This document shows, one piece after another, positions 1 to 15,617 of a stretch of 32,000 nt of DNA. The stretch is from Candidatus Saccharimonadota bacterium (lineage in GTDB: Bacteria > Bacillota_I > Bacilli_A > Mycoplasmatales > Hepatoplasmataceae). The translations under genes were made by a program, and so were the position numbers. The notes under the pieces were generated by a model. That model ran no database searches and was not told the DNA's origin. It saw only the letters and a list, made by a program, of their open reading frames with translations. The stretch is from NCBI GenBank assembly GCA_027925325.1, contig AP027133.1, positions 90,001 through 122,000 of the forward strand, in the 5' to 3' direction. Position 1 is the first letter of the stretch. Each line of letters starts with the position of its first letter.

Positions 1-1
1 G

Positions 2-577
2 AATTTAAATAATAATCCATTTCAATACAATATTTTAGTAGAAAATTTAAATCAATCTTTTAAAAATATTTTTTTTGAAAATGAACAAAAAATATTTTTT
101 GATTTTAAAAAAAATTTAAATTATTTTAGATTTATTAATCAAAATTATATTAAGGAAGAAACAAAAAATCTAAAAAACAAGATTTTATTTAAAAGAAGTG
201 AATATCATAATATGAAAATCAATGAAGATTTAAACCTTAAATTAAAAAATATTAGTAAGTTATTTGTTGAAAAAGAAAAGGCGGAATCTTTAAATTTTTT
301 AGGAAATTTGAGATTGGAAAATAATAAAGATTTAGAAGAAAAATATATTAATTTGTATAATAAAAACTTAAATAAATTAGTTTTTTTATTAAAAGATCAA
401 GATGTTTTAAAAATAAAATCTTTAGTTTATGATTATGAGTTAATCAATAAAATAAAAAAATTAAATTTTAATATTAAAATTTCACAAAAAAAACATAATT
501 GATTTTTTTTGATGATTATTTTTTTAAATATAATTTTACTAGGTGTTTTTATATGAATTTTAATAATTATAATATAG
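2..577 (+). CDS. Hypothetical protein, 5'-partial (open from the window edge). Under table 4 it reads through TGA at 500-502 and 554-556 to TAG at 575-577, which adds a hydrophobic C-terminal tail ([24 protein letters not shown]).
   Basis: Frame 2 is open from position 2. Lys/Asn/Glu-rich with no recognisable motif. The 3' end overlaps the cmk start. Confidence 0.4.
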
Positions 578-1227
578 CAATAGATGGTTATGCAGCTACA
601 GGAAAATCAACTTTAGCTTTAGCACTTTCTTTAGATTTAAAAATGAAATTTTTAAATACGGGTAAAATGTATCGCTTAGTTGCATTATTTTCGAATAGAA
701 ATAATTATGACCAAGAAAGCTTAAAAAGAAATTTAAGGAAATTAAAATTTAGATATCAAAATAATAAAATTGATATTAAAAATTTTTCTTATGATCCTTT
801 AGAATTAGAATTGCAAGAAATTTCAGATTTATCTTCAAAATTATCACAATTACAATTTGTAAGAGATTATTTAACAAAGATTCAAAAAAAAATCTTACGA
901 AGAAAAGGATTTGTCGTTGAAGGAAGAGATATTGGTACAGTTGTTATTCCTGATGCAAAAATTAAATTTTTTCTTACTGTAAGCGATGAAGAGGGAGCGA
1001 AAAGACGATTTTTAGAAATTAAAAATAAATTTAAAAATTTAAAGTATGATGAGATTTTATTAAAAATAAAAGAACGTAATGAAAATGACAAAAATAGAAA
1101 ATTAGCTCCATTAATTCCAGCAAAAGATGCAATAAAAATAGATACTACAAATAAAAGTTATGACCAAGTTTTTAATTTAATTAAAGCAAAAATTTTGGAG
1201 ATTGATAAAAATGATGAATCTGCCTAA
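553..1227 (+). CDS. cmk: Cytidylate kinase
   Basis: N-terminal P-loop [13 protein letters not shown] followed by LNTGKMYR, then EGRDIGTVV, all typical of Cmk. ATG at 553 is preferred over the TTG at 499 because it places the P-loop at the usual distance from the N-terminus. Confidence 0.85.
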   Translation: MNFNNYNIAIDGYAATGKSTLALALSLDLKMKFLNTGKMYRLVALFSNRNNYDQESLKRNLRKLKFRYQNNKIDIKNFSYDPLELELQEISDLSSKLSQLQFVRDYLTKIQKKILRRKGFVVEGRDIGTVVIPDAKIKFFLTVSDEEGAKRRFLEIKNKFKNLKYDEILLKIKERNENDKNRKLAPLIPAKDAIKIDTTNKSYDQVFNLIKAKILEIDKNDESA

Positions 1228-2524
1228 AGTTTTGATTATTGGAAGACCAAATGTTGGGAAATCAACTCTTTTTAATCGATTACTAAGTAAAAAAATTTCA
1301 ATTACATTTGATCAAGAAGGAGTAACAAGAGATAGAATTTATCAAAAATGTAATTGATTAAATAAAGAATTTCTTTTGATTGATACGGGTGGATATTCAA
1401 AAAAGAATAAAATTTCTTTTCAAAATGATATTAATTCACAGATAAAGATTGCTTTAAAAGAAGCAGATCTTATTTTAATGGTTGTATCAAAAAAAGAAAA
1501 TTTATTAAATGAAGATAGAATAATCGCAAAAGAAATTTTAAAATATAAAAAACCTATAATATTGGTCATTAATAAATCAGATAACTTAAATGAAATAAAT
1601 TTAAATATAGATCAGTTTTATCAGCTTGGAATTAAGGATTTTTTTCCTATATCATCTATTCATGGAATTAATGTAAATAATTTATTAGATAAAATAATTC
1701 AAAAATTAAATTTTATAAATTTAGATGAGAAAGATGATTTTTTAAAAGTAGGAATAATAGGAAAACCAAATGTTGGAAAATCAACTTTATTAAATAAAAT
1801 TTTAAATGATAAAAGAGTGATTGTTTCAGATAAACCTGGGACAACAAGAGATTTTATTGATACTTTTATAAGTATAAATGAAAAAAAATATCAAATTACT
1901 GATACAGCAGGGATTAAAAAAAATAAAAAAACACTTGATGATATTGAATGATTATCGGAATTAAGATCAAATTTTGTAATTATAAATTCCCAGATAACTT
2001 TATTAATTATTGATTATAGCCAAGATATTTCATTTATTGATCAAAAACTTTTATCGATTTTAAAATCTGAATATAAATCAACAATTTTACTAGTTAATAA
2101 AATTGATTTATATTCCGGAGATGATTATAAAAAAATTAAAGATGAAATTAAACGTAAATTTAAATTTGCTCCATGAGTGGCAATAGAATTTATTTCTGCA
2201 AAAACAGGAAAGAATTTAGATAATATTTTTAATCTAATTGAAAAAGTGTGAGAAAATAGACATAAAGAAATTAAAAAATCAACTTTGAATCAATTTTTAA
2301 ATGATTTGCAAATTTTAAAAATTCCACCTAGACATAATGGAATATTAATAAAGTTAAATTACATCACATATTCTAATAAACAATATCCTAATTTTGTTAT
2401 TTTTGCAAATTATCCTCAATATATTCATTTTTCATATAAAAGGTTTATCGAAAATCAAATAAGAGAAATTTTTGATTTTGAAGGTGTTCCTATTAAATTG
2501 ACATTTAGAAAGAATTTAAAATAA
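1211..2524 (+). CDS. der: Ribosome-biogenesis GTPase Der (EngA), with two tandem GTPase domains
   Basis: Two G1 motifs ([12 protein letters not shown] and [12 protein letters not shown]), DTGG/DTAG G3 motifs and NKSD/NKID G4 motifs. The three standard-code fragments (1211.., 1376..1951, 2285..2524) share one frame and are joined by TGA codons. The start overlaps the cmk end by 17 nt. Confidence 0.9.
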
Positions 2525-3522
2525 TGAAAAATATTAATTATAATTTTACGATTATTGGATCTGGCGCGTTTGGAACAGCGGTTGCTAATTTTCTAGCTAC
2601 TAAAAATAATAATGTTACAATCTATGGAATTGATGAAAAAGAGATAAAAGATATTAATGATAATCATCAAAATGTAAAATACTTTGGGTCGATAAAATTA
2701 AATCCAAAATTACAAGCAACAACTAATATTGCAAAAGCCTTAGAGAATTGTGATGTTATTTTACTTGCAATCCCCTCACATACTTTTCGAAATGTACTTA
2801 GAAAAGATATATTACCAAATATTAAAAAACCAGCATATTTTGTTAATTTAGCAAAAGGTTTAGATTATTCTGAATTAAAATTTTTAAATCAGATAATAGA
2901 AGAAGAAATTCCAAAAAAGTTAAATTTAGCTGTATTAAAATTATCAGGACCTTCCTTTGCAATTGAAATTTTGAAAAAAGAAGTGACACAGTTTGTTTTA
3001 GCATCTAAAAATCTTAAAATTGCTAAAAAATTAAAAAATTATTTTGAGAATGATTATGTAAAAATAATCACATCTAATGATATATTAGGGGTCGAAGCGC
3101 TATCTGTTATTAAAAATTCTCTAGCAATTTTATTAGGAATTGTATCTGGATTAGGATATGAAATGAATTCTAAAGCATATTTTTTTACGGAAGCTTTAAA
3201 TGAAATGCGAAAAATTGTTAAATTATATGGATCAAATGATGATATTGTTTTTCTTCCTGCTGGAATTGGCGATTTATATCTTACTGGTAATTCCAAAAAA
3301 TCGCGAAATTTTTCTATAGGATATGAAATTGGCAAATTAAATAAGATCAGCGATGAAATTTTATCTACTTTTTCAACGATTGAAGGATTAAGATCAATAA
3401 AAATTATTTTTGAATTATCTGTCAAAAAGGGGATTGAATTAAAATTATTTAATTTGTTATATAATATAACATGTAAAAAGGTTCAACCAAGTAAGGCCAT
3501 GAATCAATTTTTAAAGGAATAA
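2524..3522 (+). CDS. gpsA: NAD(P)H-dependent glycerol-3-phosphate dehydrogenase
   Basis: N-terminal Rossmann motif IIGSGAFGTA and a central KLSGPSFA motif. TAATG overlap with der. The der-gpsA adjacency is conserved in Firmicutes. Confidence 0.85.
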   Translation: MKNINYNFTIIGSGAFGTAVANFLATKNNNVTIYGIDEKEIKDINDNHQNVKYFGSIKLNPKLQATTNIAKALENCDVILLAIPSHTFRNVLRKDILPNIKKPAYFVNLAKGLDYSELKFLNQIIEEEIPKKLNLAVLKLSGPSFAIEILKKEVTQFVLASKNLKIAKKLKNYFENDYVKIITSNDILGVEALSVIKNSLAILLGIVSGLGYEMNSKAYFFTEALNEMRKIVKLYGSNDDIVFLPAGIGDLYLTGNSKKSRNFSIGYEIGKLNKISDEILSTFSTIEGLRSIKIIFELSVKKGIELKLFNLLYNITCKKVQPSKAMNQFLKE

Positions 3523-3531
3523 ACGAATAGT

Positions 3532-3810
3532 ATGAATAATAAAAAAGATTTATTTGAAGATATTTCAAAAAACACAAGCATAGCAAAAAAAGATGTTCAA
3601 GAAATTTTTAATTTGATTTTTATAAATGTAGAAAAATCTTTAAAATCAAATGAAGAATTTGCAATTCCGCAATTTGGTAAATTTAAATTAGTTTCTCGAC
3701 AAGCAAGGGAAGCAAGAAATCCAAGAACAGGGGAAAAAATAAAAATTCCTGCTCAAAAAGCTGTTGTTTTTAGACCTTCAAAAACCTTAAAAATGAAATT
3801 TAATAATTAA
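3532..3810 (+). CDS. hup: HU-family DNA-binding protein
   Basis: 92 aa with the HU arm motif RQAREARNPRTGEKIKIPAQKAVVFRPSK. Confidence 0.85.
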   Translation: MNNKKDLFEDISKNTSIAKKDVQEIFNLIFINVEKSLKSNEEFAIPQFGKFKLVSRQAREARNPRTGEKIKIPAQKAVVFRPSKTLKMKFNN

Positions 3811-3924
3811 AATTTATCTAATTTAGCAAAATAAATAAAATGTAAAAATTATAAAATTTTTTCATTTTTTGTTTTTATATCAATATAATTAGTATATATA
3901 TAAAATATAGAAGTTGGAGGAAGA

Positions 3925-4674
3925 ATGGAATTTTATATGTGATATTGAATATTATTTATTTTAATAATATTTTTAATTATAATGCAAGTTGTTGTTGCAA
4001 ATAGATTTAAGAAAACTCTAATTCATTATAGTTCTGTTCCTAATAAATCTAATATAACTGGGGCGCAGGTTGCAAGAGATATACTATCTAAAAATGGTAT
4101 TTCAAATGTTACTGTTATACGTGCAGGAAAAGAAGGTATTGATCATTATGATCCGAGAAAAAATCATATTATGCTTTCTCCAAGTATTTATGATTCAAGT
4201 TCGATTGCCGCTGCATCAGTAGCAGCTCATGAAGTTGGACATGCTATTCAATGAGGTAAAAAAGAATTTGGAATTAAATTTCGTGATACATTAGCACCAC
4301 CGGTTGGAATAATTTCAAATATCGGTTCTGTAATGATGAATATTGGATTTACATTATTAATTTTTGGATTAATTTTTGGATCAAATTCAACATTTGGAAC
4401 ATTTGTATTTTGAATCTTAGTTCCTGGAATTGCTGTTTATGGGGCAACTGCTTTATTTCAATTAGTAACATTACCAGTTGAATATAATGCTTCATATAAA
4501 GCAAGAAAACAATTACAAACAATGGGATTTATAACTACTGAAGAAGATAAAAAAGCTACTAAAAAAGTTCTTAATGCAGCTGCTTTAACTTATGTGATGG
4601 CGCTTCTTGCAACTCTTGCAATATTTGCTTTATTTCTATTAAGATTACTAGCTATTTTGGGAAGTAGACGTTAA
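3925..4674 (+). CDS. Membrane zinc metallopeptidase, YugP-like (Zn_peptidase_2 family)
   Basis: HExxH motif in AAHEVGHAIQW, an N-terminal TM helix and C-terminal TM helices. GGAGG lies 4 nt upstream of the ATG at 3925. The frame is joined across in-frame TGA codons (e.g. 4252-4254). Confidence 0.75.
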
Positions 4675-4699
4675 TTATTTGTAAAGAGTGTTGATAATT

Positions 4700-5278
4700 A
4701 TGATAGATGTTGGGAGTTTATTACATGATAATTTAATAAATAAAGAAAGATTATTATTAAAGAAATATAAATTATTAGGTTTAAAAGAACAAGAAGTTTT
4801 ATTGATAATTTCAATCATAAATTTTGATTCAAGTGAAAATATATCACTTAATAAAATTGCAAAAGGACTTGATATTTCAAAATCTGATGTCGACAAAATT
4901 TTGACATCATTGGTACAACAAAAATTAATTAAAATTGATTTGCGTGGAAAAGAAATATCTTTTAATTTAAATAATTTGTGAGAAAGATTATTAAATCTTT
5001 ATTATATTCCCAATAATGATTCATCTAAAGAAGATCGATATTATTGATTTATTAAAAGAATGAATTTTAATAATGATACGGTAGTTAAAATTAAATTTGA
5101 AAATTGATTAGAGCAAAATCTCTGATCAAAAATTATTGAATTAATAGATAAATTGGAAAAATTTAATTTTAATTTTTCGATCTCTTGAACTGAATTTGAA
5201 AAAATAATTGATGCAAATATCAAACCATACAAGAAAGATATAAATCAAATTTTGCATACTAATTGATTAATTGAATAA
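4700..5278 (+). CDS. DnaD-domain replication initiation/primosome protein (DnaD-like)
   Basis: The N-terminal region (LLKKYKLLGLKEQEVLLIISI...SLNKIAKGLDISKSDVDKILTSLVQQKLIKI) resembles the DnaD winged-helix domain. The C-terminal part is Trp-containing and helical. GTG at 4688 is an alternative start. The frame is joined across several TGA codons. Confidence 0.55.
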
Positions 5279-5744
5279 AAAAGGAAGCAAATTCATTTAT
5301 ATTTGTTTTATAACCAATTTTCTTAATTTTTTGAATACTGATGCTTTTTTTATTATTAAATTCTGTGAAATTTAAATAATCAAAGATTTTAACAATTATT
5401 ATTAAGTTATTTTCTTTTTTCAATCTAAATAAAATAAATGATTTTCCGCCCAATTTATTAATCTTTATAAGTTGATTTATTTGATGTTCTTTTAATCTTC
5501 TTATTTCAAAACTATTACCAGAAATATCTTTTAATTCTAATAATATAAATTTTTTATTAAATATTCCAATAAAATCACAAAGTGCCTTTTGATAATAAAT
5601 ATATTTTTCCTCTTTTTTCTTAATAACTTTTTTTATTGGTGTGGGTGATTTAATAAAAAACCCTATTTCTTTTTTATTTATTTCTCTCAATTCTTTTTCA
5701 ATTGATAGTTCAAATTTTACATATTTATTATCTTTTTTGTTCAT
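5259..5744 (-). CDS. recU: Holliday junction resolvase RecU (short mollicute form)
   Basis: The core CDFIGIFNKKFILLELKD...EHQINQL...GGKSFILF matches the RecU pattern (DY.G...G....fEaK....f....i..hQ......gG.aF.li). The 3' end overlaps the convergent DnaD-like gene by 20 nt. Confidence 0.65.
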   Translation of the reverse strand: MNKKDNKYVKFELSIEKELREINKKEIGFFIKSPTPIKKVIKKKEEKYIYYQKALCDFIGIFNKKFILLELKDISGNSFEIRRLKEHQINQLIKINKLGGKSFILFRLKKENNLIIIVKIFDYLNFTEFNNKKSISIQKIKKIGYKTNINEFASFFIQLIN

Positions 5745-5795
5745 ATAATTAAATTAAAATAAATTGTTTTTGTTTTCTTATTTTTGTTTATTTTG

Positions 5796-5801
5796 TATAA
5801 T
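5796..5801 (+). promoter_or_regulatory. Putative -10 box (TATAAT) for rnpB
   Basis: TATAAT lies about 5-8 nt upstream of the predicted RNase P RNA 5' end. No convincing -35 box. AT-rich background makes chance matches likely. Confidence 0.3.
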
Positions 5802-5805
5802 TATA

Positions 5806-6153
5806 ATGTTATCAACTGGTCGCAAAATATTAAAATGTTTTGAGGAAAGTCCATGCTAGCACTTGCTGAGATGCAAGTAATGTTTGTGGAGTAGGAAAAG
5901 ATAACTACTCAAGTAAGAGTAAACTTACTATGGCAAATTTTAATCTAAGGTTTTATAACTATGATTTAAATTGTGGTGCCACAGAGACGAGTTTGAAAGA
6001 AATTTCAAAGTGAAACGCGGTAAACCCCACAAGCTAGAAACCTAAATTATGGTAAGGGAATCAAAATAGGGAATTCAACCGATTTTTGAAATTAAGAATA
6101 TATTCTTAATTAGATAAATGATCAGATAAACAAAACATGGCTTATGGTAACAT
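5806..6153 (+). ncRNA. rnpB: RNase P RNA, type B (Firmicutes/Mollicutes type)
   Basis: Conserved GAGGAAAGTCCATGCT near the 5' end, GTGCCACAGAGACGAG and GTAAACCCCAC internal motifs, and ACAAAACATGGCTTA near the 3' end. The termini (atgttatca / tggtaacat) can pair as P1. Ends are approximate (+/-5 nt). Confidence 0.85.
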
Positions 6154-6166
6154 AAATCAAAATGCT

Positions 6167-6193
6167 AAAAGCAGTTCTTAAACTGCTTTTTTT
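6167..6193 (+). terminator. Rho-independent terminator after rnpB
   Basis: Hairpin aaaagcagtt-ctta-aactgctttt followed by a T-run. Confidence 0.6.
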
Positions 6194-6233
6194 GTTTATT
6201 AAATTTTTAAAAATTTAATATAATAATCGTGAT

Positions 6234-6740
6234 ATGTTTGCAATAATTTTTATAACTTTATTTTTTCTAGTGATAATAATTTTGGTAGTTGTTGCTGTCT
6301 TTGGTTCAAAAAAAGATAAGCAAAAGCAGCAAATTGATCTTATGAAAAAAAAGAAAGACGATAAACTTTCAAAAGATAATTCAATTAGAATTATTTTTAC
6401 GCTTTATATTTTATTAGAAGATGTTACAAAAGATGTTAAAAATTTCAAACCATCAATCGGTACAAAATCTATCGGTGATATTAATAGTTCAGCTTTAAAA
6501 ATAATTAAAAATTTAAATAATTCAAAAGAAGTAAAAGAAATTTATCTTATTACAGAAAGAGAAAATGAAATAAGACCGATACTAGAAGAATTAAAAAAAG
6601 TAAAACCGATAAAATGAGAAGACCAAGCTTTTTTTGCTGTTAATGTTATTAGAAATAAAGCTCAATCTTTATTAATTAATAATAAGCAAAATCAGAAATT
6701 ACTTGAGGAAATAAGAAGTGAATTTAAATACACCAAATAA
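6234..6740 (+). CDS. Hypothetical membrane-anchored protein (one N-terminal TM helix, charged helical remainder)
   Basis: The ORF continues through TGA at 6615-6617 to TAA at 6738-6740. No recognisable motif. A TATAAT at 6219-6224 only about 10 nt before the ATG and no SD suggest a near-leaderless mRNA. Confidence 0.5.
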
Positions 6741-7335
6741 ATTAATAATTTTAAGATTTATTTTAACGTTGGCAATTATATTAGTTTTATCATTTGTTCC
6801 GCTTTCTTTGCGTAATGATTTTTCTTTTACAATTGGTGATGGAATATATGTAAGTTGATTAAATGTAATTGCTCTTTTATTATTTATTATTGCATCATCT
6901 ACTGATTATTTTGACGGTTATCTTGCAAGAAAAAATGATCAAATTACTGATTTTGGAAAATTTTTTGATCCGCTTGTTGATAAAATAATGATCAATTCTG
7001 TTTTAATCTTTTTTGCAGCTTTTGAATATATTCCAATTTGGATTGTCGTATTTTTTATAATAAGAGATATTATGGTTGATGGATTAAGAATGAATTTATC
7101 AACTAAAGGTAAGGTTTTATCGGCACAAAAATCAGGAAAATGAAAAACTTTTTTTCAAATCATTGGGATAATTGTTTTATTTTTAATTCATTCTCAACCA
7201 AATTTAGATAATTATTGAGGTTATAATTATAATAGTTATTACGCACTATCTTTAATTCCGATCTTTATTGCTTTATTTTTTTCTTTGTATTCGGGATTTA
7301 GTTATTATTACAATAATTTTAAGGAGATTTTATAA
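6718..7335 (+). CDS. pgsA: CDP-diacylglycerol--glycerol-3-phosphate 3-phosphatidyltransferase
   Basis: CDP-alcohol phosphatidyltransferase motif DYFDGYLARKNDQITDFGKFFDPLVDK and a multi-TM profile. GTG start preceded by GAGGAA. Absent from the standard-code ORF track because TGA codons break the frame. Confidence 0.85.
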
Positions 7336-7529
7336 TGAATAAAGATAAAAATAATAAGCAAGATGTAAATATTAAAATTGATAAAAATGCTAAACAAAAG
7401 ACAAAAAATCGTGAATTAACGGAAAATGAAAAACAAGAGCGAAAAAAATTTATTTTATGAGGATTATTATTAATTATCATTATCATTATTTTTTTAACAG
7501 TAATTAGTGAGTTGATTTATTTAATTTAA
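7335..7529 (+). CDS. Small hypothetical membrane protein (64 aa; basic N-terminus, one C-terminal TM helix)
   Basis: TAATG overlap with pgsA and AAGGAG 8 nt upstream. Contains one TGA (Trp). No family recognised. Confidence 0.4.
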
Positions 7530-7530
7530 T

Positions 7531-8010
7531 ATGAAATTAGATCAAGATTTGATAAAAAAAATTATTGAAAAATTGCAAAAAAACAAAATTAAGATATCTT
7601 TTGCAGAATCTATTACAGGGGGCAATGCCGCTGCAAGTCTTGTTTTTTCACCCGGTGCAAGCAATTACTTTAATTCTTCAATTGTTGCATATAGTAATGA
7701 ACAAAAAATCAGATTATTAAATGTAAAAAAAGAAACATTATCTAAATATGGAGCTATATCAAAGCAAACAGCAAAAGAAATGGCCTTTAATTTAAAAGAT
7801 AAAACAAATTCCGATATTTGCATTTCGTTTACCGGAAATGCAGGACCTATCGTAAGCGAAAATAAAAAAGTTGGATTAACTTATATTACTTTAATTATTT
7901 TTGATAAATCCTATAATTTTAAATTTATTTCAGATAAAGCAAAAAGATTAGAGATAATAATTGACACTTTAAATTTTGCATTTTTAAAATTAGATAATTT
8001 AATTTCTTAA
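7531..8010 (+). CDS. cinA: CinA C-terminal domain protein / nicotinamide-nucleotide amidohydrolase PncC-like
   Basis: Motif ISFAESITGGNAAASL (AESCTGG-type) and TGNAGP. Sits directly upstream of recA, as in Bacillus and Streptococcus. Confidence 0.8.
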   Translation: MKLDQDLIKKIIEKLQKNKIKISFAESITGGNAAASLVFSPGASNYFNSSIVAYSNEQKIRLLNVKKETLSKYGAISKQTAKEMAFNLKDKTNSDICISFTGNAGPIVSENKKVGLTYITLIIFDKSYNFKFISDKAKRLEIIIDTLNFAFLKLDNLIS

Positions 8011-8055
8011 GTAAGAAAAATTTATTTTTAATAATAAATTATAAAAGAGAAAAAT

Positions 8056-9021
8056 ATGAAACAAAATGAATTAAATTCTTTATTTAAAGAAATTGAAAGA
8101 GAATTTGGTAAGGGTTCTATTTTAAATTTAGACAAATCACAAAACTATGATATTTCTAAAATTTCAACAGGATCATACTTATTAGATGAGGCGATTGGAA
8201 TAGGTGGTTATCCAAAAGGAAGAATTATAGAGATATTTGGTCCCGAATCATCGGGAAAAACAACATTAGCTCTCCTTGCGATTGTTGAAGCACAAAAAGA
8301 AAATGATAAATTTGCTGCTTTTATCGATGCTGAGCATTCTCTTGATGTAAATTATGCCTTAAAGTTAGGTGTTAATCTTGAAAGAATTGTGATATCACAA
8401 CCTGATTCAGGTGAACAGGGAATGGAAATAGCAGAAAAATTAATCGCTTCAAATTTAATAAATATTTTAATAATTGATAGTGTGGCAGCACTTACACCGA
8501 TTGCAGAAATTGAGGGATCAATGGAAGAGATTACGATTGGTGCACAAGCAAGATTAATGTCTAAATCTTTACGTAAATTATCATCACTTATAAGTAAAAG
8601 TGAAACAATTGTTATATTTATAAATCAAGTCCGGGAAAAGGTTGGAAATTTTTATGGAAATAAAGAAGTTACACCTGGCGGGAAAGCACTTAAATTTTTT
8701 TCTACAATCAGATTTAATATCAAAATGATTGAAAGAATAAAAAATAAAACCGATTTTATCGGTCAGATAATAAAGGTTAAAGTAATTAAAAATAAAGTTT
8801 CTTCTCCTTATAAAGAGGCAAATATTACATTTTATTATAATCAAGGGATTAATAAAAATAAAGAAATTTTTGATCTTTCCTTAAAAAGAGGAATTTTAAG
8901 TATTAAAGGATCTTGAATTTATTACAAAGATCAAAAAATTGCACAAGGAAAGGATTCTGCTTTAAATTTTTTGATTGAAAGTGGACAAATTGAAAAATTA
9001 AAAACAGAAATTTTTAATTAG
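8056..9021 (+). CDS. recA: Recombinase RecA
   Basis: Walker A GPESSGKTTLAL, IIDSVAAL and the loop region. The C-terminal part is joined through TGA at 8914-8916, which falls at the conserved Trp (GSWIYYKDQKIAQG versus E. coli GAWYSYKGEKIGQG). Confidence 0.95.
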
Positions 9022-9063
9022 CAAAGGATAGAAGATTATTTTATTTAATATAATGTTATTACT

Positions 9064-9843
9064 ATGAAAATATTAATAATAGGTGATATATTTGGTGTAT
9101 CTGGAAAATCAATAATTGAAAAGTATCTAATTAAATATAAAAATTTTTTCAAACCAGATTTAATAATAGCAAATGGCGAAAATGTCTCAAAGGGTGGTAA
9201 ATCTTTAATTAAAAAAGATTATGATTTTTTAATGAATTGTGGAATCGATTATTTTACAATGGGAAATCATACTTTTCATAATAAAGAGATTAATAATTAC
9301 ATAAATGATGTTAATAATATGGTAAGACCATCAAATTATAAAAATAAAGTTAAAGGTCAAGGATTTTTGATATTCAATGTAGATGGGAAAAAAATATTAT
9401 TGATGAATTTATTAGGGGCTAGTTTTATGAATATCTCTGTTAAAAATCCTTTTTTAACCGCTGATCAAATTTTAAAGAATAATAAATATGATATTGCAAT
9501 ATTGGATTTTCACGCTGAGACAACATCAGAAAAAAAGGTTTTGGCAAATTATTTGAAAGATCAGGTAACGATTTTTTATGGGACTCATACCCACATCCAA
9601 ACTTCTGATCTTTATATTTGAGATCAAAAAATGGCTTATATTACGGATATAGGAATGACAGGAATAAGAGATTCTGCGATTGGAATTAGATTTAAAGAAG
9701 TAACAAATTTTTTAAAAAATGGTGTAAAAGAAAGATTTTATGAGGCTAATGAAGGAGTTGAAATTTTTAATGCCATTTTAGTTGAAATTGATGAAAAAAC
9801 AAATCTACCAAATAAGGTTACAAGAATTTCTGATATATATTAA
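9064..9843 (+). CDS. ymdB: YmdB-family metallophosphoesterase (2',3'-cyclic-nucleotide 2'-phosphodiesterase)
   Basis: MKILIIGDIFG, ANGEN, GNH and DFHAETTSEK metallophosphoesterase motifs typical of YmdB. Two fragments in one frame are joined by TGA at 9619-9621. Confidence 0.8.
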
Positions 9844-9984
9844 AAATATTTATTTAATTATCTTTTTTAATATATAATAAGGGTGTGAATTTTTAAGTAT
9901 TAATTTATATAAATTTTAATATTTTATTTATAAATAAAATAGATTAGAAAGATTTTAAAATAAATTATTTTTTCATAATAAATT

Positions 9985-9993
9985 TGCTATAAT
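9985..9993 (+). promoter_or_regulatory. Putative extended -10 promoter (TGcTATAAT) of the rRNA operon
   Basis: A TGNTATAAT match about 70 nt upstream of the mature 16S 5' end. A second TATAAT at 9873-9878 could be an upstream tandem promoter. Confidence 0.3.
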
Positions 9994-10061
9994 AATATTT
10001 GTCGTTTGGTCGACAAAACTTATAAAATAATTCTTTGAAAACTAAATAGAACCAGCAATTT

Positions 10062-11592
<1,531 letters not shown>

Positions 11593-11788
11593 ATGGAAAT
11601 TAGAAATTTATAACTTTTAATTATTAGGTTCTATTTAGTTTTGAGAGAGTTATTTCGTTTAACTTTAACTTTCTCAATATTAGCTCTTTGAAAACTATAT
11701 ATTTGTCAAATATTAATTAAAATAAGATTTTAATTAGGATATTCCAATAAAAAATTAAGCGCAAAAAGCATTTATGTTAATTCGATAT

Positions 11789-14717
<2,929 letters not shown>

Positions 14718-14858
14718 ATTATTTTTAGCTTGAATTTTTATTTTCCTGATAAACTTATTTTAATTTCATATCAACAAGTATATAGTTTTGAGAGAGTTAG
14801 TAACTTTTTCGATCATCATCGAGAATTATGATTGTAAATATTAATTTATAATTATAAT

Positions 14859-14967
14859 TGTCGGTGGCGATAATACTAAGGAAACACCTGACCCCATTCC
14901 GAACTCAGAAGTTAAGCTTAGAGATGCCGAAGGTAGTCGCAAGGCAAGAATAGGAAACTGCCGACTT
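14859..14967 (+). rRNA. rrf: 5S ribosomal RNA
   Basis: GTCGGTGGCGATA...CCGAACTCAGAAGTTAAGC...GCCGAC, with the termini pairing as helix I. Confidence 0.9.
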
Positions 14968-14988
14968 TTAATCAAGAAATTGACCAAT

Positions 14989-15014
14989 AAAAACACCTAA
15001 AAAGGTGTTTTTTT
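14989..15014. terminator. Rho-independent terminator after 5S, probably bidirectional
   Basis: The stem aaaaacacc / ggtgttttt with a taaaaa loop is flanked by an A-run and a T-run, so it could also terminate the convergent minus-strand gene that ends at 15051. Confidence 0.65.
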
Positions 15015-15050
15015 ACTTTTAGATTTATTTTTGAAAAATTAAATAAATAA

Positions 15051-15617
15051 TTATGGTAAATTATATTTATTTAGAAATTCTTCTTCGATCTTTTTATGAT
15101 GCAATCTTAAATCTCATTTAAATCCTTCTTTTTTCAAGTAAATATTTCTTTTTCTTATTGAGTTATCTCTTGTAACATTAATTAACAAATGATGCAAATC
15201 AAAAATTATTGGATATATTATTCTTTCTTTTTTATTAATAATAGTTATTAATCTATCTTTTGCTTTTATTTTATATTGATATCATGAAATATTATCATTA
15301 TTCTCATCAATAAATTGTTCAATTTTTTCTCAAATAGAATTATATTTCCTTTCTAATAATTGTCTAATTACTTTTTCATCATTTTTATTTATTTCATGAT
15401 TACTATTACGTATAATTAAATTGTTTTTTTCTTTCTGTTGCTTAAAAATTTCTAAAATTTTATCTAAATATGCTTTTGTTAATTCACAATATTCATTATT
15501 TTTTTTATTAAATGTTTTATTATGTGCTTTCAATCTATGATCATCAAAATATTTAAGACAAATTAACCTAAAATTAATTTCTCAATTTCTTTTGTCTCTA
15601 ATTTTCCCTTGTCTCAT
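15051..15617 (-). CDS. Hypothetical protein of unrecognised family, directly downstream of and overlapping the Panacea-domain gene; candidate toxin/effector partner
   Basis: Under table 4 the frame is open for 188 codons from the ATG at 15617, which overlaps the upstream gene by 55 nt. It contains 4 in-frame TGA codons (one upstream of the alternative TTG start). An alternative TTG start at 15533 lies 30 nt after the upstream stop. Basic and helical-looking, with no motif I can assign. The start codon is uncertain. Confidence 0.5.

Noticed and set aside
11593-11788. Searched the 16S-23S spacer, and other intergenic regions over 100 bp, for tRNA genes, an SRP RNA or riboswitch-like conserved cores.
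   Set aside because: No cloverleaf-compatible segment (no GTTCNANNC T-loop with a matching acceptor stem) and no conserved ncRNA core was seen. The spacer content is explained by the processing stems.
15330-15533. A possible HEPN-like R-x-H motif (RNSNH) in the partner of the Panacea-domain gene.
   Set aside because: The spacing is Rx3H rather than the canonical Rx4-6H, and there is no other HEPN feature. It is too weak to name a family, so the protein stays unassigned.
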